Assembly: GCA_964512325.1 (NCBI GenBank)
Contig: CAZEGN010000001.1
Location: forward strand, 89,483 to 153,482
Length of the DNA: 64,000 nt
Direction of reading: 5' to 3'
From: an uncultured Candidatus Peribacteria bacterium
GTDB lineage: Bacteria > Patescibacteriota > Gracilibacteria > RBG-16-42-10
The position numbers were made by a program, and so were the translations under genes. Each line of letters begins with the position of its first letter. Position 1 is the first letter of the stretch. The notes beneath the pieces are model-generated. The model was not told where the DNA came from. It searched no databases and saw only the letters and a program-made list of their open reading frames with translations. Shown in pieces: positions 1-9,800 of the stretch.

Positions 1-1494
1 CTTTGCAGCAAGCTGATTTTGACTTTGTAGTAACGGCTCTGATCCATCACCAAAATCCCATTCGGCTTTTACTAATTGTGTACGAGCATTAAAGCCCGCC
101 ACCACAGCACCACTGCTCTCTTGTGCGGTAAAGTCGAGACTAGTTGCACCAAAAAATGGTTGGGTAAAAAAGTGCTTATTGGAATTTGACCAGTTTGTTT
201 GAGTGGCAGAACGGATTTGCAATTTGATATCAGGTGGAGCAGAAATTACTCTAATTTTTCTCTGCGTGACTCCTACAAATTGCCCATTTTCCGCCCGTAA
301 AACCAAGGTGTAATTTCCCGCTACTGTATAGGTATGCGACACGACACCATTATCTACACCACTATCAGTTTTTCCATCACCAAAATCCCAAACCAGCTTC
401 AGTTGAGATCCTGGGGTAGGGTCATACGACGACAAACCAGAAAAAGTAACAGGTTCATTCGCAGTAACTACTAGCTCATCAGGAATAGGTCCTAGAATTG
501 AATCTTGATCGGTAATAATAATCGCCACAGGCACTACAGGCGTTACTTTTACTTCACTTGTAACAGCTGAAAAACCCGATGGCCCCTTGACCATTAGCTT
601 CACTAAATAGGTAGTTGCCTTAGTATATGTATGTGAAACATAAGGACCAAAAGCAAATGTACCATCACCAAAGTCCCAAAAGTAATCTTTGGTAGCAATA
701 GTACCCAAACTATCAGATGAATCGGAAGCATCAAAGTGAATTACTTGGTAAGTAGAATTGCTCGCTTTTGCTGCTTGATTGCTTTTTAAATTTGCTTTGA
801 TGGTACCACCTGACTGATCTCTATTGGTAGAAAGATTCTGTAGGGCTTGATAAAGAAACACGGCGGCATCCATTTGAGCCTGATATTGTGCAATATCGAT
901 ATTTCCACCATTATTCATGGCTAGCACTCCTATACCAGCGATGTTGTCGCCCACACTTCTTAAGCTCTGGCCTAGTAATGACATGCTAGGGAAAAAGAAA
1001 CTCGTTGAACTGCTTGTACCTTCTTGTAGGGTAGTTGCTGCTAGAACTAATGATTCAGCAAGTAAATGCAAACCAAAACCACTTAATACCATGGCCTGCT
1101 CCACTGGAATTACTTGTTCACGCGCTTTTAAGTCATTACCCAACTTTTGCAAAGCGGCGCTGTAGGTTGAAATTACTTGTGCTGCATCGGTTTTTTCGGG
1201 TGTGACTTTTAAAATATAATCTGATACTTGCACTAAAAAGGCTGCCGTAGTCACAAACCATTGAGCCTGGGCATCCATATTGCTCCTAACATAAGTTAAT
1301 TGTTCACTTAACAAGGATTGAGTATTGGGAACAACCGTAGTTTGTGTTTGAGGTAGAGTGGTCGGAGCAACAATATTAATTTGACTTCCCGGCACAGCCA
1401 CTGGTGCAGCCGTCGTAGCAGCGAATAGTGTATCTACCACAAGTGATGGCACTAAAAGCAGACCAAGAAATGCCCGAGCAAGAAATTTACGCAT
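1..1494 (-). CDS. secreted PKD-repeat protein, C-terminus beyond window edge
   Basis: Own translation of the - strand. ATG at 1494 (MRKFLARAFLGLLLVPSLVV..., signal-like) stays open in frame to position 1. It is absent from the ORF track because no stop lies in the window. Three WDFGDG motifs (PKD-domain hallmark) occur in the distal half. Confidence 0.6.
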   Translation of the reverse strand, partial: MRKFLARAFLGLLLVPSLVVDTLFAATTAAPVAVPGSQINIVAPTTLPQTQTTVVPNTQSLLSEQLTYVRSNMDAQAQWFVTTAAFLVQVSDYILKVTPEKTDAAQVISTYSAALQKLGNDLKAREQVIPVEQAMVLSGFGLHLLAESLVLAATTLQEGTSSSTSFFFPSMSLLGQSLRSVGDNIAGIGVLAMNNGGNIDIAQYQAQMDAAVFLYQALQNLSTNRDQSGGTIKANLKSNQAAKASNSTYQVIHFDASDSSDSLGTIATKDYFWDFGDGTFAFGPYVSHTYTKATTYLVKLMVKGPSGFSAVTSEVKVTPVVPVAIIITDQDSILGPIPDELVVTANEPVTFSGLSSYDPTPGSQLKLVWDFGDGKTDSGVDNGVVSHTYTVAGNYTLVLRAENGQFVGVTQRKIRVISAPPDIKLQIRSATQTNWSNSNKHFFTQPFFGATSLDFTAQESSGAVVAGFNARTQLVKAEWDFGDGSEPLLQSQNQLAAK

Positions 1495-1506
1495 GAAAGC
1501 GAAAAA

Positions 1507-2193
1507 TTAGAGACGAACGCCTACAGCAAAGCCCAAACCTGTACCACCTGGGAAACCGGGGAAAGAGCGTTCAATCCCGACTCCCGTAAACCCATCACTA
1601 ACCTGAGGACCAATTCCAGCAATTAAAGTATTGGTTGCTGCATAAGAGAGAGCGATCACAATTACACCAATAACAGCATAAGTGATAGTTTGCTTTCCTT
1701 TTTTGGTCATTTCCGCATCTCCAGCGGAAGCGAGATAACGAAACCCACCATATACTAGCATTAAAAATGCAATGAGAGCTACAAAACCTAAAAAGAAGTT
1801 AATTATCTGCACAATCAAGGGCTCAAGCTGTGGATTATTAGCCTGCAAGACCGTCCCTTGTGGTACATGAATACCGTAACTACTTAATTGACCAAGATTC
1901 AAACCAGGAATGCCACCACTCAAATTGCCAGTAGCACCAGCAATTGCGCCAGCGACAGCTCCCACTCCAGCACCAATCAAACCACCAACTAAAGCACCAT
2001 CACTCCCGCCAACTAAACGCCCTACACCTGCGCCGAGTGCACCACCAGCACCCGCACCAGCTAGTCCACCACCCAAACCACCTAGAACATCGGAGACAGT
2101 GTCAGCCCGTGCTTGGTGAATAGCAAGTGGCGCTAAACTAATAGTAGTGGCAGTAATGAGAAGAAATAATGAAGCTAAAAGTTTGCGGAACAT
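1507..2193 (-). CDS. Gly-rich membrane protein with C-terminal TrbC/VirB2-like (T4SS-pilin-type) two-helix module
   Basis: Signal peptide MFRKLLASLFLLITATT and a long G/A-rich spacer. The C-terminus reads hydrophobic helix - GGFRYLASAGDAEMTKKGK - hydrophobic helix, a pattern shared with the next two ORFs. Confidence 0.55.
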   Translation of the reverse strand: MFRKLLASLFLLITATTISLAPLAIHQARADTVSDVLGGLGGGLAGAGAGGALGAGVGRLVGGSDGALVGGLIGAGVGAVAGAIAGATGNLSGGIPGLNLGQLSSYGIHVPQGTVLQANNPQLEPLIVQIINFFLGFVALIAFLMLVYGGFRYLASAGDAEMTKKGKQTITYAVIGVIVIALSYAATNTLIAGIGPQVSDGFTGVGIERSFPGFPGGTGLGFAVGVRL

Positions 2194-2213
2194 AAAAATA
2201 AGTTGTTATTGGT

Positions 2214-2816
2214 TTAGAGTCCAAGATTTAAGCCAACACCGATATTTACATTGGTATTATTTGCAGGAGCACCACTTTGTCCCCCTGTAACTGCAATAGA
2301 AACAATAGTATAGGCAAATATTGCCACTAAAATTCCCGTTATGGCGCCCCAAATTGCTTTGGTTGCCTTGCTAACCTGACCAGAATCACCACGAGCAGTC
2401 ATGTAGAGATAACCACCGTATACCATATAAATGACAGCAACACTACCAATCAGAGCCAATAGGAAGTTGGTAATGCTGATGATTAAAATATTAGCGCCAC
2501 CAATATTGATACCACGAGCAGGATCGAAAATTGCTCCTATGCTTTCCGCTAAAGCCACAACAACGAGACCAATAACGGCATACGTAATGCTTTCTTTTGA
2601 TTTTTTTATCGCGCCATCATCGCCTCTTGCAGTAATATACAAAAATCCTGCAATCACAATATAAAGTATCGCTACTGAGGCAGATATACTTTGCAAGGTG
2701 CGAATAATAAACAAAAAGAAATTACTTGCTTCCGTAATTTGCGGCACACCACTAACATCAGATGGGAGCGGAATAGCGTATGCTTGAGGTATTAATGCAG
2801 AAATAAGAGAAGACAT
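2214..2816 (-). CDS. membrane protein with two tandem TrbC/VirB2-like pilin modules
   Basis: Two copies of helix - (A/G)GFLYITARGDDGAIKKSK / GGYLYMTARGDSGQVSKATK - helix in one polypeptide. Confidence 0.55.
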   Translation of the reverse strand: MSSLISALIPQAYAIPLPSDVSGVPQITEASNFFLFIIRTLQSISASVAILYIVIAGFLYITARGDDGAIKKSKESITYAVIGLVVVALAESIGAIFDPARGINIGGANILIISITNFLLALIGSVAVIYMVYGGYLYMTARGDSGQVSKATKAIWGAITGILVAIFAYTIVSIAVTGGQSGAPANNTNVNIGVGLNLGL

Positions 2817-2819
2817 AAA

Positions 2820-3131
2820 TTAACGTGCTAAACGAGGTAATTGATTGATAACAATATTTACAATCAGAAATGATAATGTAACCACGATAATACCCACTAC
2901 TGCGCCAAAGATTTTCGTCTTTCCTTTTGCTTTTGTATCAGGATCCCATCCCCATATGTATTGACTAGCACCAATAAACACAAACAACACCGCAACACCG
3001 CCCGCAATACCCAATAGAAAATCTATTGCATAATGGATTAAAACAGCAATATCGCTTAACTGCGGGTCATCTAGAATATAGTCACCTTGATTGGGCGTCA
3101 ATGTCGTGGCAATCAAATAAAACCAGCTCAT
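2820..3131 (-). CDS. small membrane protein with one TrbC/VirB2-like pilin module
   Basis: Helix - GASQYIWGWDPDTKAKGKTK - helix. It sits 3 nt downstream of the previous paralog's frame, in the same operon. Confidence 0.5.
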   Translation of the reverse strand: MSWFYLIATTLTPNQGDYILDDPQLSDIAVLIHYAIDFLLGIAGGVAVLFVFIGASQYIWGWDPDTKAKGKTKIFGAVVGIIVVTLSFLIVNIVINQLPRLAR

Positions 3132-3147
3132 AAATTAATAATTCATA

Positions 3148-4026
3148 CTATTGTAACAAAAATTTCGTAATCGTACCAACTTTATCAGTCCGAATTATGT
3201 TTCCATACTGCGCTAAACGCATCAAAGTCATATCATTCGGGTGACCATAGACATTACTTTCACCGGCACTAATCCACATTTCTTTTGGCTTTAGCACAGC
3301 CAAAAAGGCCGACGTAGAACTAGTAGAACTACCATGATGAGCAACCTTTAAGAATGTTGAGGCTAAATCATATTGATAATAATACAGCAATACTTTTTCT
3401 AGCTCTTTTTCCATGTCGGCTGCAAAGAAAATGCTTTCTTTAGGTGTAATTAGGCGAAAGACTAAAGAGGCATTATTGATATTTTTAAATGCATTATTGT
3501 TTCGTAATGGCTCGAACGGAAATAAAATGTCTAGATAAATATTTTGAGCGATTTGCCAGTCCATATTGGCCTGTGCCTGAAATATAGGGATACCACGATC
3601 TCTAGCCTGAGCGACTAAGCGTTGATAATTAGTACTTTTGTAAGTCACCCCCGTCAGCAACAGTCCTCTTACCTGATAGCGATTCAGCACTGCCAAGGCA
3701 CCATCCAAATGATCAGCGTGAGGATGAGTAATCACTAACAAATCTAAAGCTTGTTTGAGATAGGGCAAGTGCTCTGCCAGAGGCGCCAATATATTTTGAT
3801 CAGGGCCGCCGTCAATAAGAATATACTTATAATCTGGTGTAGTAATCAGAATGGCATCACCCTGTCCCACATCAAGAATATTGATTTTCAGCGCTGTTGG
3901 TTTAACAAAATAGCCAGCGAAGGAGATTGTTGCGAGAAAAATCGACATATCAATCAGAGCAACAGCGATCACCATATTTAGCCGCATTATTAAAAAGGTT
4001 ACTTGCTGTTGAGTATAAAAGAGCAA
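3148..4026 (-). CDS. ComEC/Rec2-related metallo-beta-lactamase-fold protein (MBL domain only)
   Basis: ILDVGQGDAILI, VITHPHADHLDG (HxHxDH) and KVAHHGSSTSS motifs with one N-terminal TM helix. The true start may be an internal Met. Confidence 0.7.
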   Translation of the reverse strand: MLFYTQQQVTFLIMRLNMVIAVALIDMSIFLATISFAGYFVKPTALKINILDVGQGDAILITTPDYKYILIDGGPDQNILAPLAEHLPYLKQALDLLVITHPHADHLDGALAVLNRYQVRGLLLTGVTYKSTNYQRLVAQARDRGIPIFQAQANMDWQIAQNIYLDILFPFEPLRNNNAFKNINNASLVFRLITPKESIFFAADMEKELEKVLLYYYQYDLASTFLKVAHHGSSTSSTSAFLAVLKPKEMWISAGESNVYGHPNDMTLMRLAQYGNIIRTDKVGTITKFLLQ

Positions 4027-4063
4027 ATATGAACTTGTTGTTTTTCCTAGCCAGACAAAAATG

Positions 4064-4072
4064 TGCTACAAT
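4064..4072 (+). promoter_or_regulatory. extended -10 promoter element (TGcTACAAT) upstream of mscS
   Basis: TGCTACAAT lies 23 nt upstream of the ATG at 4095. There is no good -35. Confidence 0.3.
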
Positions 4073-4094
4073 GTAGTGTGAAACAAAAATATAT

Positions 4095-5090
4095 ATGGCA
4101 AGCTCCCAAGTTACCGACGTCTCTAGTCAAACATCAGAAAATGTTGTGGGTTTTGTTAATATGGTGATTAATAAAATTCCAGCACTATTTTTAGCAATAG
4201 TGGTGTTTGGGTTAGCGATCTTATTAGCAAAAGTGGTGAAAGCATGGGCCCAAAGATCAATTCTAAAATCAGGCAGCAATGAAGGGGCAATGAGTATTGT
4301 CGGCAAGACTGCCTATATCGGCACGATTATTCTTGGCCTAACAATAGCTTTAAAAATACTGGAAATTGATATCAGCTTTATTGTAGCTGCCATGGGTTTT
4401 GGTCTCGGTTTTGCGATGAAGGACATTTTAGAAAATTATTTTTCAGGTGTGCTAATTCTGGTTCAGAAACCATTCACCGTTGGTGATATCATCAAAGCTG
4501 GCAATTTCGTGGGAAAAGTAGAAGAGATTGAAGCCAGAGCAACATTTCTGCGTGTTTTTGATGGACAAAGAGTTATCATTCCGAACTCTACTATGATTTC
4601 AAGTGCAGTTATTAATTACTCTTCTTTTCCCGAACGAAGAATTAATATTGAATTCAGTGTTTCTTATGACACTAACCTACAACAAGCATCTCAGCTGGTA
4701 GTGGATCTCATGAAAACTCACCCTAAGATTATGCAGGAGCCATCACCTTCTGTTACTATTAATGGCTTTGGTGATAGCAATATTGACTTAACCGCTCACT
4801 TCTGGGTAGATCGCAGCCAAAACAACTGGATCAAACTGAATACTGAAATGATGCGTCTCATTAAAGAAACTCTAGATCAGAATGACATCGGTGTTTCTTA
4901 TCCTGTTATGACATTAAATGTAAACAAACATGATTCAGATGATATATATCGTGTAATGAACTCTAAGTTACCCCAATCAAATCCTCCTACTGAAATGTCG
5001 ATCCCTACAATCTCTAACACTCGTGAAGCAGAAAGCAGCATGCATCTCGAGCCAATAGCTGGAAATGATAATAATTCAGCGCAAGCGTAA
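4095..5090 (+). CDS. mscS: small-conductance mechanosensitive channel (MscS family)
   Basis: Three N-terminal TM helices followed by the FTVGDIIKAGNFVGKVEEIEARATFLRVFDGQRVIIPNS beta-domain signature. Confidence 0.8.
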   Translation: MASSQVTDVSSQTSENVVGFVNMVINKIPALFLAIVVFGLAILLAKVVKAWAQRSILKSGSNEGAMSIVGKTAYIGTIILGLTIALKILEIDISFIVAAMGFGLGFAMKDILENYFSGVLILVQKPFTVGDIIKAGNFVGKVEEIEARATFLRVFDGQRVIIPNSTMISSAVINYSSFPERRINIEFSVSYDTNLQQASQLVVDLMKTHPKIMQEPSPSVTINGFGDSNIDLTAHFWVDRSQNNWIKLNTEMMRLIKETLDQNDIGVSYPVMTLNVNKHDSDDIYRVMNSKLPQSNPPTEMSIPTISNTREAESSMHLEPIAGNDNNSAQA

Positions 5091-5147
5091 ATTAGGTTGC
5101 ACAAATACATCATTTCTGTAAAATGTGTGCACTAACGTCTGTTCATC

Positions 5148-5453
5148 ATGTCTGCAAACGATCAGTCAAATTCCTCAACGAATAACAGCTCAAAATCTCG
5201 ACAAGCTCATCGTGTAGGGAAGTACATTGTGGAAATCGATCGCAGCAAGTGTATTAGTGTGGCCAATTGCGTTGCCATTACACCAGATGTATTTGAACTT
5301 GATGAAGAACAAATCGCAGTATTTCTAGAGCCTAATGCCGAAACGGGGAAATATGAGAGTGATGATGATACAGTGCTCATGTCCGCTCGCAGCTGTCCGA
5401 CACAGGCCATTATCATCAAAGATGCTGAGACTGGAGAGCAAATTTTCCCTTAG
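5148..5453 (+). CDS. small single-cluster ferredoxin
   Basis: YIVEIDRSKCISVANCVAITPDVF ... SCPTQAIII, the Cys spacing of short Fe-S ferredoxins. Confidence 0.6.
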   Translation: MSANDQSNSSTNNSSKSRQAHRVGKYIVEIDRSKCISVANCVAITPDVFELDEEQIAVFLEPNAETGKYESDDDTVLMSARSCPTQAIIIKDAETGEQIFP

Positions 5454-5561
5454 TCTGAGCATTCATTCGCAACAAGCAATAAGTTTATAGGCTGTAAATA
5501 CATAAGCTGGTGTATCTCATATATTCATATGCTATGATGCCTGCGACTTTTAAATTTCTGT

Positions 5562-7265
5562 ATGCGCAAAGCTCATACGTTTCTCTATACAGCGTTAGGC
5601 TTACTCACTCTCTTGAGCACGAGTAATGTTGCCAATGCTATCGTTCTTGATCCTTCAATTTCACTCCTTTTGATTCCACCCACAGTAGAATCTGTTAGTC
5701 CAACCTTTAATGAACGCGTTGTTGTACCTGCCAGTACAAACTCAAAACGCACCATTGCAGTTCAATTTGACAGCAACATTGAATTTGTCGGCAATCCCCT
5801 CGATGCTGTAGTCGTGACTAATATCGGTACAGGTAGTCCGATTCCGCTTGATGATGTCTCGATCCATAAGAACATGCTTTACATCTATAGTACAGCCTTC
5901 ACGCATGATAGCACCGATGGAACCGGATACACCGCCTGGCTTAATGGTTCTCGGATAAGACGCATTGGTGGAACAACAATGGCTGATGGTGGTCTTGGAT
6001 GGGGATTTACTATTGCCAATGGTTTTGACACTATTTTTCCACCAATTCATGAAAATATCCCTAAAATAACCATTAATCAAAATGTATTTAGTGGAGCAAA
6101 TCTTGCTTTTAGTGGTACTGATAGTCGACATGTAGTGTATCGAGTGTCAGTTACTAACAACAGTGAAGGTTACACAGTAAATAACTTAACAGTCAAAGCT
6201 GTTCTGCCTAGCGGCTTTGTATACGACAGCTTAACATTTGGTACAGATGTTACTGTAAGCGGTAGCCGTGTGCTTACTTTTAATATTGGCACACCAATTA
6301 CACCTAGCAGTACCAAGATCTTTGATTATCGAGTTAGTGTCCCTAGCACATTAGCTGATGGCGTTTATGATAGTAGTGCTATGGCTACAGCGGAGTTCTC
6401 TCCATCCGGTATTAATTCTGATCGCTACAGCCTCCCAGCAAGAATCAGTCATTTTGACGACAACCGAGCTGATGACGACAATGTGACTATTTCACACCTT
6501 ACCCCTACCCCGACTCCCACTCCAACGCCAACCACAACCGCAAGCCCAACGCCTTCTTCAACTTCAACACCCACATCAACCAGTACACCATCTGCGACAC
6601 CAACCAGCACTAGCACAGCATTATCTCACCCCAGCTCTGATCCATTAACATGCCTCCGTCTTAATGGAGCGGTAGCGACAAGCTTCAGTGATGTGCCATC
6701 ATCCTTGCTTGAAGCTCCATATGTATCGTTTTTGAATACTACCGTGTTTGCAAGCAACCCCGATGTGCGTCTTTCTCGTGGTTATGCAAACGGCACCTTT
6801 GGTACAAATAACACCTTAACTCGTTTTGAGTTAACTAAAATGGCCTTAGGAGCCAACTGTATTAATTACAATGAAAGCCCCGCCCCAAATCGAGCATTTA
6901 GTGACGTGCCTACTGATAATTCTGAAATGTCATTAGTAATTGGAAAAGCAAAGTCACTTGGCATTGTGCAGGGTATTGGCAATCAATTTTTTCCTAATCG
7001 TCCAGTGAGTTATGGAGAAATGGTAAAAATTCTAGTTGGGTCAGGAGTCTATTTTGATCGCGGCACACCTACACGTACGCTCACACATACTTTAAGCGGC
7101 ATTACTGATGAGTCTTTCCGCCAATTTGCTGAATACAGTGCACGAATGAATCTGGTTAATTTAAATGGTAGCGCTTTCCCTCAAAATGATTCCGTACAAC
7201 GTCGTTATATGGCCCAAGCAGTAGCTCGTTATATCGCTTGGCTTAAAAACATTTCTCTTCTCTAA
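5562..7265 (+). CDS. secreted surface protein: DUF11-like repeat, Thr/Pro/Ser linker, two SLH domains
   Basis: Signal peptide. VVYRVSVTNNSEGYTVNNLTVKAVLPSGFVY is DUF11-like. There is a TPTPTPTPTPT... linker and two FSDVP...(G)...F.PN...R.E... SLH-type units at the C-terminus. Confidence 0.65.
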   Translation: MRKAHTFLYTALGLLTLLSTSNVANAIVLDPSISLLLIPPTVESVSPTFNERVVVPASTNSKRTIAVQFDSNIEFVGNPLDAVVVTNIGTGSPIPLDDVSIHKNMLYIYSTAFTHDSTDGTGYTAWLNGSRIRRIGGTTMADGGLGWGFTIANGFDTIFPPIHENIPKITINQNVFSGANLAFSGTDSRHVVYRVSVTNNSEGYTVNNLTVKAVLPSGFVYDSLTFGTDVTVSGSRVLTFNIGTPITPSSTKIFDYRVSVPSTLADGVYDSSAMATAEFSPSGINSDRYSLPARISHFDDNRADDDNVTISHLTPTPTPTPTPTTTASPTPSSTSTPTSTSTPSATPTSTSTALSHPSSDPLTCLRLNGAVATSFSDVPSSLLEAPYVSFLNTTVFASNPDVRLSRGYANGTFGTNNTLTRFELTKMALGANCINYNESPAPNRAFSDVPTDNSEMSLVIGKAKSLGIVQGIGNQFFPNRPVSYGEMVKILVGSGVYFDRGTPTRTLTHTLSGITDESFRQFAEYSARMNLVNLNGSAFPQNDSVQRRYMAQAVARYIAWLKNISLL

Positions 7266-7269
7266 AATC

Positions 7270-8064
7270 ATGTCTGCTGAGTTAATAGATGGTAAGAAGC
7301 TAGCTGAAGATTTTGTAACAGAACTACGCCGCAAGTCCCCCATGAACCGGGGACTTGGCGTGGTTTTAATTGGTAATAACCCAGCTTCAGAAATTTATAT
7401 AAAAAACAAACAGAGTCTTGCCGCTCGACTCAATATTCCTTTTGAAATTTTACGAGTCACTGAGTGGCAGGATATCACTCAGTTAAAAGATGCAATCACA
7501 ACCTTCTCTGAACGCAGTGATCTCGCTGGCATTATTTTACAAATGCCATTGCCTGAAGGTTTACAAAGCCTTGCCAATGAACTACTTGAGTTAATTCCTG
7601 TTAACAAAGATGTTGATGGATTGCTTCCTCGATCCCCTTTTATTCCAGCAACTGCTCAAGGAGTAATGCATGCCCTAAAAAGCACTAAACAGCTATTAAG
7701 CGGTAAACATGCAGTGATTCTTGGTCGCTCAAAACTAGTTGGTCGTCCATTGGTGGATTTATTGTTGGCGGAAAATTGCACTGTTACTATTGCCCACTCC
7801 TATACTATGGATTTACCAAATTTAACCAGGCAGGCTGATATATTAATCAGTGCTGTTGGTAAAGCAGGCCTTATAAAAGGCGACATGGTAAAAGCTGGCG
7901 TGATTGCAATTGATGTAGGTATTAATAGAATAGGTGATAAAATTATTGGCGATATAGTGTTTGATGAAGTAAAAGAAAAAGCGAGCTTCATCACCCCTGT
8001 ACCAGGAGGAATCGGCCCGCTTACTGTTGCGTACCTGATGAACAATGTTTTATTAAGCGCCTAG
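7270..8064 (+). CDS. folD: bifunctional 5,10-methylene-tetrahydrofolate dehydrogenase/cyclohydrolase
   Basis: GVVLIGNNPASEIYIKNK, ILQMPLP, DVDGL, GRSKLVGRPL, PVPGGIGPLTVAYLM. Confidence 0.9.
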   Translation: MSAELIDGKKLAEDFVTELRRKSPMNRGLGVVLIGNNPASEIYIKNKQSLAARLNIPFEILRVTEWQDITQLKDAITTFSERSDLAGIILQMPLPEGLQSLANELLELIPVNKDVDGLLPRSPFIPATAQGVMHALKSTKQLLSGKHAVILGRSKLVGRPLVDLLLAENCTVTIAHSYTMDLPNLTRQADILISAVGKAGLIKGDMVKAGVIAIDVGINRIGDKIIGDIVFDEVKEKASFITPVPGGIGPLTVAYLMNNVLLSA

Positions 8065-8514
8065 CTGTGCAATAGCTTGTTTTAATACAGCATTAAGACG
8101 TGCTCCTTCAGCCGCTCTACCAAAGCGTCCTTCTCCAGCATCAGCTTGTGAAGGGCTATCTGTAAATGCACTCATTACTTGGCCCAATTCATTAATGAGA
8201 TACATTTCGCTGCTTCGTTCGCGTGAAATAGTAATCAACATAGTTTCCCCTAAGCGTTGGACCTCAACATCGCCAATACCTAGGATAACACAACGTACAA
8301 CATTTTTCTTACCCAGTAACTTTTCTGCTAAAGCAGAACACTCCATACTAAGTCTAGCCACACGCTCTGCAGGAGCTGTGGGTTCTTCTTTCAGAGCAGC
8401 ATGCACTCCAGCACGTACCATAGCAACCCCACTATCTCGAGTGCGCACTATATCCATGGCATGAGGTGCAATGGGTGCTAACTCACTTGAATCTCTTTTG
8501 CTTAAATCTTTCAT
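8053..8514 (-). CDS. hypothetical protein (Ala/Arg-rich, no motif recognised)
   Basis: 153-aa ORF convergent with folD, with a 12-nt overlap of the 3' ends. The only support is ORF length and the absence of a competing frame. Confidence 0.4.
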   Translation of the reverse strand: MKDLSKRDSSELAPIAPHAMDIVRTRDSGVAMVRAGVHAALKEEPTAPAERVARLSMECSALAEKLLGKKNVVRCVILGIGDVEVQRLGETMLITISRERSSEMYLINELGQVMSAFTDSPSQADAGEGRFGRAAEGARLNAVLKQAIAQLGA

Positions 8515-8624
8515 AGTTTTCTTAAGTAATCATTTCATTATACATGGAATTTGGATGTTATGAATAGTGAGTTACTAGTTACACTTGCTGAATGAGGACA
8601 ATTATTGCCGCACTGCAATAAAAG

Positions 8625-9800
8625 TTACGTGCGATCCGTTTTGAATTGATGTAATTGTGGGGGAGAAAAGATTATCTTTACCAAAAAGTAGCAGAATTGA
8701 AGCAATCTCAGGTAAAAACCAAGCAGATACAAAGCTAAATTCAAAAAAGAAAAACATTGTCTCCAAACCAGATGAATAATCGCAGGTATAATGAACAGGA
8801 TGATAAACATTGGCCATGATCGCCATAACAAATAGGGTGAAATAGCAATAGCAATGAACTCTAAAATGAATACTATATACCAGCAAATTCCAGCAACAGA
8901 CTGCTTTAGGGTAAGCGACACATGATATCTTTGTGCTAATGAAAAGTAGCAAAAAACGCCATGCAGTATCGGAATTATTTGCCGAAAGGCATTGCCTAAA
9001 TTGGGTGGTGATTGAACTTGAGTAAAAAATGGCAGCGAGCGGTAAGCAACGCCTTTCCAGCGAAGCAAATACTGCAACGGAATATCATCAATTGGCTCAG
9101 GAAAAGCAGGCAGCTTGTCCCAAAGCTGCGGCGCTATCACCATAGTAGCGCCCATAGGATAATTCCAGCTAGCTGATGCTATCAATGAAGGAATATATTC
9201 CCACACGAAAACCCTTTCCAAATGGTGCAACATCAATGCTGCTACACTCTTACTATAAGCAGCAATCTTCGACACTGGCACAAAAGAGTAAATACAAGCA
9301 TTACCCTTGTTAAGGAAACTTCGATCTACTTGTATAAAGTCATCTATTGCGATACGCGCATCACAGTCAAAACAGACCACGTAAGGAAACTGTTGTTGCT
9401 GATACTTTGTGCGTACCCAGTGCAAACCAACATTTAACTGGGTCGCCTTCGTGCCCGTCATCTGGTGTGATTCTACTACATGAATACGCTCGCGAAAGCC
9501 TGAACCTTGCCTGTAAGCTTCAATATATTCAGCGGTATTATTGCTATCCCCTCTTTCTTTAATAGTAGTAATAAAAAGGAGCTGAATATTTTCTGAATAA
9601 GCAAGGAAAGATTCATAATATTGCAGCGTATCGCGTATAATCTTTTGCTCCCGAAAAACCGGAAAAAGAAACACATAGCCATGTAGCACTGCTTTTGAAG
9701 GAGATAAGGGCGACGCTGTCCTTCGGCGCCAGCGCCAATTGCTCAATGTGATTGAAACAATGAAGACACGATACAGCAATATAATCGCGACTAGGTACAT
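8625..9800 (-). CDS. family-2 glycosyltransferase with C-terminal TM helices
   Basis: N-terminal TM, GT-A like core with a VVCFDCDARI (DxD) motif, and several C-terminal hydrophobic helices. Confidence 0.6.
   Translation of the reverse strand: MYLVAIILLYRVFIVSITLSNWRWRRRTASPLSPSKAVLHGYVFLFPVFREQKIIRDTLQYYESFLAYSENIQLLFITTIKERGDSNNTAEYIEAYRQGSGFRERIHVVESHQMTGTKATQLNVGLHWVRTKYQQQQFPYVVCFDCDARIAIDDFIQVDRSFLNKGNACIYSFVPVSKIAAYSKSVAALMLHHLERVFVWEYIPSLIASASWNYPMGATMVIAPQLWDKLPAFPEPIDDIPLQYLLRWKGVAYRSLPFFTQVQSPPNLGNAFRQIIPILHGVFCYFSLAQRYHVSLTLKQSVAGICWYIVFILEFIAIAISPYLLWRSWPMFIILFIIPAIIHLVWRQCFSFLNLALYLLGFYLRLLQFCYFLVKIIFSPPQLHQFKTDRT

Noticed and set aside
1910-2119. 69-aa Pro/Ala-rich ORF on the + strand
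   Set aside because: It is the mirror image of the Gly/Ala-rich codons of the - strand pilin-like gene and lies entirely inside it, so it is a compositional artefact.
8053-8064. 12-nt convergent overlap of folD and the 153-aa hypothetical ORF as a regulatory feature
   Set aside because: Small 3'-end overlaps are common in compact genomes, and the coding status of the hypothetical ORF is itself uncertain.
8602-9682. Overlapping ORFs (8602-8952, 9222-9437, 9347-9562, 9476-9682) within the GT2 gene
   Set aside because: They are shorter alternative frames of the same region. The 391-aa frame has the GT-A/DxD features and fits the operon overlaps.
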